A DNA stretch of 33,024 bases from a virus. Taxonomy: Duplodnaviria; Caudoviricetes. Position numbers and translations under genes: made by a program. Position 1 is the stretch's first letter, and each line of letters begins with the position of its first letter. The notes beneath the pieces are model-generated. The model had not been told where the DNA came from, did not search any database, and saw only the letters and a list, made by a program, of their open reading frames with translations. The DNA lies in the IMG/VR virus record IMGVR_UViG_3300008255_000306, positions 1 through 33,024 of that record; one strand, written 5' to 3'. Below, piece by piece: positions 26,251 through 33,024 of this stretch.

Positions 26251-26918
26251 TGGAGCCGCGCACCCTGACCCTGGGCATGGATGCCAGCTGGACGGGCTGG
26301 GGCTGGTGCCTGGGCGACCAGCACGGCCCCATGCAGGTGGGGCACCTGGCCCTGGGGGCGCCCCGCCGGCGCGACCGCGCCACCAAGCGCGACCCCACCC
26401 CCGACCTGCGCAGCACCCACCGGCTGCAGCGCCTGCACCGCTACCTGCACGGCCCGCTGGCCTGGGTGCTGGCCGACGCGCAGGTGCTGCGGGCCCCCAC
26501 CGACCCGCTGGTGCGGGTGGTGATCGAGGTGCCCCCGCTGGGGTACAAGATGGGCAAGGCCTCGGCCTACGTCGGGGTGGGGCGCCTGGTGGGGTCGATC
26601 GAGCTGTGGGCGTGCAGGCCCAGCCTGGCCACACCCTGGGTGCAGGAGCCCGGCGAGTGGCGCGCGCACTGGCGGATCCCGCCCAGCCGCAAGGGGCGCG
26701 GCAGCGCGGAGCTGAAGGCCGACGCGATCGCGCTGGTCGGCAAGCTCTACGGCGACCACTGGCTGGCGCCCTTCCGTGCGACCGACGCCGGCGGCCCCCG
26801 CGGCGACGTGGCCGAGGCGATCCTGCTGACCGTGCGCGCCAGCGCCGACCCCAGCGACGCGCCAAACACCCCCGAGGCCTGGCCCGACTGCCCCGACGGG
26901 GTGCACTACATGCCGTAG
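26250..26918 (+). CDS. ruvC: RuvC-like Holliday junction resolvase
   Basis: LGMDASWTGWGW, VVIE, PGEWR, K...LK and DVAEAILL; TGATG overlap. Confidence 0.7.
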   Translation: MEPRTLTLGMDASWTGWGWCLGDQHGPMQVGHLALGAPRRRDRATKRDPTPDLRSTHRLQRLHRYLHGPLAWVLADAQVLRAPTDPLVRVVIEVPPLGYKMGKASAYVGVGRLVGSIELWACRPSLATPWVQEPGEWRAHWRIPPSRKGRGSAELKADAIALVGKLYGDHWLAPFRATDAGGPRGDVAEAILLTVRASADPSDAPNTPEAWPDCPDGVHYMP

Positions 26919-26972
26919 CGGCGACAATCTTCCCGGCGTCAGCTTGCCACCGTGGCGAGCATGACGTAAGGT
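26910..26972 (+). promoter_or_regulatory. Sigma70-like promoter P3 with paired operator-like sites
   Basis: TTGCCA(26944-49)-17 nt-TAAGGT(26967-72). Sites ATGCCGTAGCGGCGA (26910-24) and TTGCCACCGTGGCGA (26944-58). Confidence 0.78.
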
Positions 26973-27002
26973 GTGAACACCGGCACCGACCAACCCCGCC
27001 GG
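26919..27002 (+). repeat. Copy 1 of a ~84-bp dispersed promoter/leader repeat
   Basis: Near-identical to 29898-29980. Confidence 0.9.
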
Positions 27003-27024
27003 GCCCCGACACAGGACACCGACC

Positions 27025-28083
27025 ATGACCGCCACCACGATCCCGACGACCGAGGCCGCCCTGGAGGCCCTGATCGGCCGCACCGCCGACGCCATCATGC
27101 TGCTGGCCCTGCCCATGGCCGACCTGCGGGCCCTGGCCCACGTCCTGGTCCAGCCGCCGCTGCCCCGCAGCAAGGACGCGGCGGTGCAGGCCCTGCTGGC
27201 CGTCAGCCCGACCGACCACGCCGCCGCCCTGGGCCAGGCCGCTGGGGCGGCCGGCAAGCCGCAGGCCGCCAACCCGTACGACCGAGCGCTGACCCCCGAG
27301 CTGGCGATCACCTGGGAACACGCGCGGACCGTGACGACGGCGCCGGCTACCAGCGACCAGGCGGCCGACGACCAGGCGGCCGCTGTGCGCCCGCTGCCCG
27401 GCTTCGCTGCCGACAGCAGCCCGGCCGAGGTCGAGGCCGGCAAGGTGATAGCTGCCGCCAACCAGGCCGCCCTGCAGCAGGTTCTGGACGAGGCCCCGCC
27501 GCGGCCCCAGCTGGACGAGGACGTGGAGGCCATGCACGCGGAGCTGCTGGACGAGGTGGCGGCCGGCCAGGCCCCGGCCGTGGCCTGGACCCCCAGCGAC
27601 GCCGCCCTGCGCGACTGGACGCCCCCGGCCGACGTGCTGACCCGTCCCGACGTGCGGCCCTGGGCCGACGGCGTGCGCGACGACGACGCGGACCGCGGCG
27701 AGGCCGTGCGGATCCTGATCTACCGCGCCCTGCACCAGCACCAGGCTCAGCGCCTGACCGACCTGGCGGTGCCCGACCTGCAAGCCCTGTGGGCCGGCAT
27801 CTTCGGGCGGACCACGACCCGCAGCTGGGCCAGCAACCTGACCCGGCACTGCCGGGGCGCGATCGCGAACCCGGAGTACGTGGCGGCGCTGGCGCCCAAG
27901 GCGGCCCGGCCGGCCCCGCCCACCCGCGTGGCCGACCTGCAGGCCAGCCTGGCGGCCCTGCAGGCCGCTGCCGCTGCCCTGGTGGCCAGCGCAGCCAACG
28001 ACACCGGCCCCGGCTTCGACCGCTGGACCGTGGACCCCGACGCCCTGGCCGCGCTGACGGCCCTGCTGCCCACCACCCCCTGA
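27025..28083 (+). CDS. Hypothetical Ala-rich early protein
   Basis: Conserved RBS motif, GC3 bias, first gene after P3. Confidence 0.7.
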   Translation: MTATTIPTTEAALEALIGRTADAIMLLALPMADLRALAHVLVQPPLPRSKDAAVQALLAVSPTDHAAALGQAAGAAGKPQAANPYDRALTPELAITWEHARTVTTAPATSDQAADDQAAAVRPLPGFAADSSPAEVEAGKVIAAANQAALQQVLDEAPPRPQLDEDVEAMHAELLDEVAAGQAPAVAWTPSDAALRDWTPPADVLTRPDVRPWADGVRDDDADRGEAVRILIYRALHQHQAQRLTDLAVPDLQALWAGIFGRTTTRSWASNLTRHCRGAIANPEYVAALAPKAARPAPPTRVADLQASLAALQAAAAALVASAANDTGPGFDRWTVDPDALAALTALLPTTP

Positions 28084-28100
28084 TCCCGACCCCACCCACC

Positions 28101-28122
28101 GCCGGGGCCCTGCGGCCCCGGC
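28101..28122 (+). other. Intergenic hairpin immediately 5' of the WYL gene RBS
   Basis: GCCGGGGCC-ctgc-GGCCCCGGC, a 9-bp stem. Confidence 0.5.
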
Positions 28123-28134
28123 CTGGAGCCCGAC

Positions 28135-28641
28135 ATGCGCGATCCGCACACACCGCCCCCCGCCCGCCACGGCCTGCCGCTGGAGGCGCTGGCCGCCGCC
28201 CCCGCCTGGGTGCACCCTGCCGGCATGGCCGCGCCCGAGGCCTGGTGGCCGCTGGGGCGCTACCAGTACACCAAGCTGGACGGCACCCGCGTGGACGCGG
28301 TGCTGGTCCTGGCCGTCGGTGCGGCCGTCGGCCTGTCGGCGCAGGACCCGGCCCAGCTGGTCAGCCAGTGCAGGCCGGACTGGCCGCCGGCGCCCGACAT
28401 GGGGGGGCTGCAGCAGGCGCAGCTGCGGCTGGTGCTGGAGCTGGGGGCGGCGGTGCTGCGCCACGTGGTGGTCGAGCTGGGCTACCGCAAGGATCCCGGC
28501 AGCGAGCCCGAGGTGCGCCGCCTGGATCACCTGGTGCCCCGCGCCGACGGCGCCGCCCTGCTGGCCCACGACCTGGACCGCAACGCCCCCCGGGCCTTCC
28601 GGCTGGACCGGATCGCCTGGGTGCGCGTTCCCACCCCGTGA
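28135..28641 (+). CDS. WYL-domain protein without a recognisable HTH
   Basis: VVELGY...PEVRRL...LLAHDLDRNAPRAFRLDRI is the WYL signature. Confidence 0.8.
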   Translation: MRDPHTPPPARHGLPLEALAAAPAWVHPAGMAAPEAWWPLGRYQYTKLDGTRVDAVLVLAVGAAVGLSAQDPAQLVSQCRPDWPPAPDMGGLQQAQLRLVLELGAAVLRHVVVELGYRKDPGSEPEVRRLDHLVPRADGAALLAHDLDRNAPRAFRLDRIAWVRVPTP

Positions 28642-28657
28642 CCCACCCAGTGCCACC

Positions 28658-29068
28658 GTGCGCCTGTACCTGACCCAGTGGTTCCTGCACGTCCCTGCCG
28701 CGTTGCGGCGGCCTGGGACCGCGCACCACGATCGCGGCCGCAAGGCCCACGCCGAGCCGGGGCCGGCCGAGGCCCACTACGCCGCCCTGGTGGCCGCTGG
28801 GACCGCGGCGCTGGCCGAGGCCGGCACGGACACCTGGGAGCAGCGGGGCGCGGGCCTGCAGTACGTGGAGCTGCACGCGGTGGACACGGACGACGACCCG
28901 CTGGCGCTGGCCTGCGCCCTGGCGGATGACACCTGGGCCACGCCGCACCTGCTGCCCCCCCGTGGCCATGCCCCCTACCCCTGGCGCCTGGACGACCAGC
29001 GCCGACCCTGGCCCAGCAGCCGGCGCGTGCTGCGCCACTGGGCCGCCCCCCGACCGACTGAGGACTGA
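28658..29068 (+). CDS. Hypothetical protein
   Basis: GC3-biased frame from GTG (VRLYLTQWF); start uncertain. Confidence 0.5.
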   Translation: MRLYLTQWFLHVPAALRRPGTAHHDRGRKAHAEPGPAEAHYAALVAAGTAALAEAGTDTWEQRGAGLQYVELHAVDTDDDPLALACALADDTWATPHLLPPRGHAPYPWRLDDQRRPWPSSRRVLRHWAAPRPTED

Positions 29069-29071
29069 CCG

Positions 29072-29242
29072 ATGCTGACCGGCCCCCACGACCGCCCCCC
29101 GCTGCCCCCGGACATGGATCCGCGCCGTGCGCTGGCCGAGCTGGCCGGCGCTGTCGTCCTGCTGGCCCTGGTGGTGCTGTACGCCATGACCGACGTGCAC
29201 GCGGTGGACCGGCTGCTGCTGCAGCTGCTGGCCTGGCTGTGA
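29072..29242 (+). CDS. 56-aa membrane protein (not in ORF track)
   Basis: GAGGA RBS; MLTGPHDRPPLPPDMDPRRALAELAGAVVLLALVVLYAMTDVHAVDRLLLQLLAWL; GTGA overlap with the next gene. Confidence 0.6.
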   Translation: MLTGPHDRPPLPPDMDPRRALAELAGAVVLLALVVLYAMTDVHAVDRLLLQLLAWL

Positions 29243-29886
29243 GCGCCACCGGCGCCACCGACTACCGCGACGGTGGGACCTACTACACCCCGGTGGGGGT
29301 GGCCCGGAAGATCGTCGGTCGCTGGGCGCCGGAGTTCCGCGCCTACCCAACCACCGGCCGGCACGTCGGCCGGCTGCTGCGGGTCCTGGACCCCAGCGCC
29401 GGCGGCGGGGCCTTCCCCATGGCCCTGCTGCACCACGGCCTGGTGCAGCCTGGGTCCATGGAGGTCATGGACCTGGACCCGGCTGCCCGCGCCCTGCGCC
29501 TGCCGGCCGGCATGCTGCGCACCGTGGCCACGGTGACCGACGACCCGGTGCGCACCGGCTACCTGGTGACCGACCCCCAGCAGCAGCCCGACCTGGTGAC
29601 GGGCAACCCCCCGTTCGGGGTGCCCCGCCCCGCCGAGCGCTGCACGGACTGCGACGGCGCCGGCACCCTGACCACCCGGGCCAGGTGGGCCGTCGTGGAC
29701 GGCGACCGCATGCGCATGCTGCAGCCCCACGAAGCTGCGACCGCCCAAGGCTTCCCAGCCAGCTACCAGCTACCCCGCAAGCGCGACGGGTCTGTGCACG
29801 TCACCTTGGCCAACCACCTGATCGGCAACGCGGTGGCCCCGCCCCTGGCCCGCGACCTGCTGGTGGAGGTGCTGCGGGCGGCCTGA
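29239..29886 (+). CDS. Chimeric DNA methyltransferase: amino (N6-adenine-type) MTase N-half fused to a C5-cytosine MTase C-terminus; possibly a pseudogene
   Basis: YYTP, VLDPSAGGGAF and GNPPF, then TLTTRARWAVVDGD-RMLQPHEAATAQGFP...IGNAVAPPLA (C5 motifs IX/X). Confidence 0.75.
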   Translation: MSATGATDYRDGGTYYTPVGVARKIVGRWAPEFRAYPTTGRHVGRLLRVLDPSAGGGAFPMALLHHGLVQPGSMEVMDLDPAARALRLPAGMLRTVATVTDDPVRTGYLVTDPQQQPDLVTGNPPFGVPRPAERCTDCDGAGTLTTRARWAVVDGDRMRMLQPHEAATAQGFPASYQLPRKRDGSVHVTLANHLIGNAVAPPLARDLLVEVLRAA

Positions 29887-29888
29887 CC

Positions 29889-29950
29889 GTGCCAGCCCGG
29901 CGATAATCTTCCCGCGATAGCTTGCCACCGCGGCGAGCGTGACGTAAGGT
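29889..29950 (+). promoter_or_regulatory. Sigma70-like promoter P4 with paired operator-like sites
   Basis: TTGCCA(29922-27)-17 nt-TAAGGT(29945-50). Sites GTGCCAGCCCGGCGA (29889-903, degenerate) and TTGCCACCGCGGCGA (29922-36). Confidence 0.75.
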
Positions 29951-29980
29951 CTGAACACCGGCACCGACCAACCCCGCCGG
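29898..29980 (+). repeat. Copy 2 of the dispersed promoter/leader repeat
   Basis: Near-identical to 26919-27002. Confidence 0.9.
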
Positions 29981-30077
29981 CCACCCCCCAAGCACAGGAC
30001 CCTGACCATGACCGCCACCCAGCCCCACATGCAGCGCCCGCTGCGGGTGGGGCGCCCACCCCACTGGAGTGCCGACC

Positions 30078-31001
30078 ATGCCCCGCACCGACCTGCCGCA
30101 GCCCGAGCTGCGCCTGCACCTGCCCCCCGACATGCTGGCCGCCGCCCTGCGCCCCCTGCGCGACGGCGGCAGCTGGGTGGCCCCCGAGGCCTGGGCGGCG
30201 CTGGTGCAGGACACCCTCCCCACAGCGACCAGCGGCCCCAGGTACTGGTGCTTTGCCCACGCCGACCGGCTGCTGCGCGAGGGCCTGGCCGCGCCCGACC
30301 TGCGCGTGCTGCTGGCCGGCCTGCGGCTGGTGCTGGAGGCGGCCCGAAACCGGCTCAACGACGCCGAGGCCATGGCAGTGGTCAAGGCCACCAGCCTGGT
30401 GCTGGCCTGGTTGCCCTTCGAGGCCGACGTGCTGCTGGACGAGGAGGCCGCCGACGACGCCAGGGTGTACCAGCTGGCGCGGGCCCTGTTGCCCTTCGTC
30501 GAGGCTGCCGCCTGGGAGCGGCAGGAGGCGCCGGTGGATCTGCACCAGCGCCCCGTGCTCGCGGGCGGCGAGGTCCGCTGGGCCTGCATGGCCGGACTGG
30601 CGGCCAAGCTGCACGCCGAGGCCGTGCTGGCCAAGTACGCCAGGGATCTGGTGCAGGACCCCTACGACGACCCGATCCCTGGCACCGACCCCGGGATCTG
30701 GAACACAGCCACGGGCCACGACCCGGGGCCGGTGGACGACGCCGATCCCGCTTGCCGCTGCGTCGCGCTGCGCCCGGTGACGGCCGACGATGTGGCCGCC
30801 GCGATCAACGCGGCCCCGCCGCTGCACCCGGTGACCGGCGCCGGGCTGCGCCTGCTGTCCGACGACGACCTGGCGGCCCTGGCCGCTGGGGGCGAACCGC
30901 TGGCCGATCCCGCCGCTGTGCCGACCGCGACCTGCAAGGGGTGCGGCGGCCCGCTGTACGGCGACCTCGGCACCTGCGGCACCTGCTACCCCCTGTCCTG
31001 A
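30078..31001 (+). CDS. Hypothetical protein with C-terminal Zn ribbon
   Basis: CTGGAG...CCGACCATG start, CKGC...CGTC, GC3 bias. Confidence 0.65.
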   Translation: MPRTDLPQPELRLHLPPDMLAAALRPLRDGGSWVAPEAWAALVQDTLPTATSGPRYWCFAHADRLLREGLAAPDLRVLLAGLRLVLEAARNRLNDAEAMAVVKATSLVLAWLPFEADVLLDEEAADDARVYQLARALLPFVEAAAWERQEAPVDLHQRPVLAGGEVRWACMAGLAAKLHAEAVLAKYARDLVQDPYDDPIPGTDPGIWNTATGHDPGPVDDADPACRCVALRPVTADDVAAAINAAPPLHPVTGAGLRLLSDDDLAALAAGGEPLADPAAVPTATCKGCGGPLYGDLGTCGTCYPLS

Positions 31002-31020
31002 CCACCCACGGAGCTTCGAC

Positions 31021-31320
31021 ATGGCCACCCCACTGCCCAACCTCGCTACGCCCACCTGCAGCTTCTGGTGGGTCACCTACACCGACCGTAGCACCGCCTT
31101 CATGCTGGCCCGCGACATGACGCACGACCAGGCCCTGGTGCAGGCCCAGCAGGACGCCCCCACGGGCAAGGCCGTGGCCACCGTCGCCACGCTGCCCTAC
31201 CCGCCCCGCGGGCTGTCGTCGGACGAGTACCCGCCCCACGGCTTCCCAGGCTTCTGCTACCGCCCCAGCCAGTGCGCGGGCACCACCAGCTGCCCCAACC
31301 GGCGCAGCTGCACCGACTGA
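31021..31320 (+). CDS. Small Cys-rich hypothetical protein
   Basis: GGAG RBS; LPYP and FCYRPSQCAGTTSCPNRRSCTD. Confidence 0.7.
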   Translation: MATPLPNLATPTCSFWWVTYTDRSTAFMLARDMTHDQALVQAQQDAPTGKAVATVATLPYPPRGLSSDEYPPHGFPGFCYRPSQCAGTTSCPNRRSCTD

Positions 31321-31371
31321 CCCGACCACCCCACGGGCCCGCCGTGGCCCACCACCCGCAGGACACCGACC

Positions 31372-32508
31372 ATGCAAGCCCTGTACGACCTGACCGCCCC
31401 CGGCGGGATCGCCCCCGACACCACCACCGACCCGGCCGCCCCGACCCGCCCGGCCTGGGCCGGTCCGCAGCTCCTGGAGGTCCGCAGCCAGGAGGACCGC
31501 CGCGGCCGTGGCCGCTGGTGGGGGCCCAACGCGGCCGGCTACACCGACCAGCTGGACCGCGCCGGCCTGTACGACGCGGACAGCGACCCGGTGCGCGACC
31601 ACCTGGGCTACCAGCCCGGCGAGTCGCACACCCACGTGGTGGACGGCCGCGTGGTGGTGGGCCCGGCCGTGCGCCTGCTGGCCATGCTGCGCCAGGTGGA
31701 CGCCGCCTGCGACACCGACGACGACCTGGGCGCCCTGCTGGATCCCGACGACCGCGACGGCCGGGCCCTGGCCCTGCTGCACGAGTACGTGGCGCTGCGC
31801 GACGCCGCCGCCCTGGGGCAGGCTGTCGCCGAGGCGGCCGACATGCCCGTGCATCAGCTGCTGCTGGCGGCTGCTCAGCTGCCCCGGCTGCTGCAGGCCC
31901 TGGACGAGCACGTGGTGCAGCCCACGGCCGACCTGCTGCAGGCCATGCTGTCCGAGGTCGAGCGGGCCCGGGACCTGGCCGCCACGGCCCGCGCGCTGGT
32001 GGCTGGGGTCAGCATGCACAAGGCGGCCGCGGCCGCTGTGGCTGCCGTCGTGGCTTGGCTGCGGGGCCCGGACGTGTCCGAGGACGAGGCGCGCGCCTGG
32101 CTGGAGGACCGGGGCCTGCCGGCCACCGGCCTGGAGCGCCACTTCAACCACGGTGACACCTGCTGGACGGCCAGGGGGCACGGGATCGTGGCCTACGACT
32201 TCAAGATCACCAGGGAGCGCCGCCGCATGGCCGAAGTGATCGAGCAGGGCGCGCACCTGGACCCGCTGGCGCATGCCCGGCTCAGGGCCCGGCGCTACGT
32301 GGTCACCCCGGCCGCCGAAGCCCAGGCCCAGGCCCTGGGCTACCCGGACGGCGCCGGCGACCTGCTGTCCATGGCGCTGGTGGACGTGGCCCGCCTGCAG
32401 GCCGCGGGCCGCGCCGTGGTGGTGTCGTCGGACGACGCGGGCCTGGTGGAGCGCGACCGGCTGGTGGAGCTGGATGACGCGCTGCACGCGATCGGGCGGC
32501 CGTCGTGA
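31372..32508 (+). CDS. Hypothetical phage protein
   Basis: Conserved RBS motif; WWGPNAAGYTDQLDRAGLY motif. Confidence 0.7.
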   Translation: MQALYDLTAPGGIAPDTTTDPAAPTRPAWAGPQLLEVRSQEDRRGRGRWWGPNAAGYTDQLDRAGLYDADSDPVRDHLGYQPGESHTHVVDGRVVVGPAVRLLAMLRQVDAACDTDDDLGALLDPDDRDGRALALLHEYVALRDAAALGQAVAEAADMPVHQLLLAAAQLPRLLQALDEHVVQPTADLLQAMLSEVERARDLAATARALVAGVSMHKAAAAAVAAVVAWLRGPDVSEDEARAWLEDRGLPATGLERHFNHGDTCWTARGHGIVAYDFKITRERRRMAEVIEQGAHLDPLAHARLRARRYVVTPAAEAQAQALGYPDGAGDLLSMALVDVARLQAAGRAVVVSSDDAGLVERDRLVELDDALHAIGRPS

Positions 32509-32786
32509 CTGCCGCCCAGTACGCCAAGGTGCTGCAGGACGCCCTGCCCGGCTGGACCGTGCAGGCGGACCCGGACACCCGCGGGGTGCTGCGCTTGCAC
32601 TCGCCCGCCGGCCTGCTGGGCTTGGTGCGGCCCAGCACCGGCGCGGTGGGGCACGAGCTGCAGCCCGGGTTCCGCACGTGGACCTGGCCCCGCCCCGAGT
32701 ACCGCGGGGCCCGCGGCGCCCGCCGCTTGGCGGCCGAGCTGCTGGCCGCCAACCCGCCCCCAGCACCAGCGGAGCCAACGCCATGA
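32505..32786 (+). CDS. Small hypothetical protein
   Basis: GTGA/ATGA overlaps and GC3 bias. Confidence 0.55.
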   Translation: MTAAQYAKVLQDALPGWTVQADPDTRGVLRLHSPAGLLGLVRPSTGAVGHELQPGFRTWTWPRPEYRGARGARRLAAELLAANPPPAPAEPTP

Positions 32787-33024
32787 CCACCGCGCCCTGC
32801 ACCTACACCGTGCACCGCGACGGCGACGCCCTGGTGGTCACCTGCGCCGTGTGCGGCCCCAGCCGGCTGGACCGCGCCGGCGCCCTGGCCCTGGTCGATC
32901 CGGTGCTGGGCCTGTCGGGCCCGCTGGGGCGCTTCCAGTCGGCAGCCACGGCTGCAGAACGCCGGCGCCTGGTGGCGCTGGTGCAGGCGCAGCTGGACGA
33001 CTGGCCGGACCTGCATGGTGCCAC
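32783..33024 (+). CDS. 3'-truncated hypothetical protein with CxxC
   Basis: GGAG RBS, ATGA overlap, MTTAPCTYTVHRDGDALVVTCAVCG, open to the window end. Confidence 0.55.
   Translation, partial: MTTAPCTYTVHRDGDALVVTCAVCGPSRLDRAGALALVDPVLGLSGPLGRFQSAATAAERRRLVALVQAQLDDWPDLHGA

Noticed and set aside
26973-28673. 566-aa + strand ORF starting right after the P3 -10 box
   Set aside because: The GTG lies upstream of the expected +1, the translation is shadow-like, and it overlaps two better genes.
23776-28743. 1655-aa minus-strand ORF and other long minus-strand ORFs (9448-12234, 15336-17681, 25332-27533, 30805-32802)
   Set aside because: They are antisense shadows of GC3-biased + strand genes, with Arg/Gly/Pro/Ala/His-rich translations and no motifs. 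Stop codons are rare at this GC content.
1-33024. Integrase, att sites, tRNA/rRNA, IS elements
   Set aside because: None recognised, so temperate versus lytic lifestyle cannot be settled from this window.

Overview
High-GC (visually ~75%) segment of a tailed-phage or prophage genome, probably a myovirus. Every credible gene lies on the + strand, and many are coupled by ATGA/GTGA/TGATG overlaps. From left to right: (1) the end of the virion module, 1-7373, with a fibre-like protein, a MopE-type Asp/Cys-repeat lipoprotein of the kind common in Myxococcota, a Gp138-like spike, wedge, baseplate J, a gpI/DUF2612-like protein and three tail/fibre proteins; (2) a lysis-position cassette, 7388-9796, with a candidate L,D-transpeptidase-like (His...Cys) endolysin followed by five small membrane/secreted proteins; (3) an early/DNA-metabolism region, 9916-26918, with an HTH regulator, a putative annealase, SbcD, SbcC, an iteron-containing replication initiator plus DnaC/IstB-like loader, ASCH, an HD hydrolase, DUF5131, a nuclease-SNF2 helicase fusion and a RuvC-like resolvase; (4) an accessory region, 27025-33024, with a stand-alone WYL protein and a chimeric adenine/cytosine methyltransferase. 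The strongest non-coding signal is four sigma70-like promoters, each carrying a pair of 15-bp palindromic operator-like sites 33-34 bp apart, which suggests a phage regulon that may be controlled by the HTH gene. No integrase, tRNA or CRISPR array was seen. All product calls come from motif recognition by eye, not database searches.
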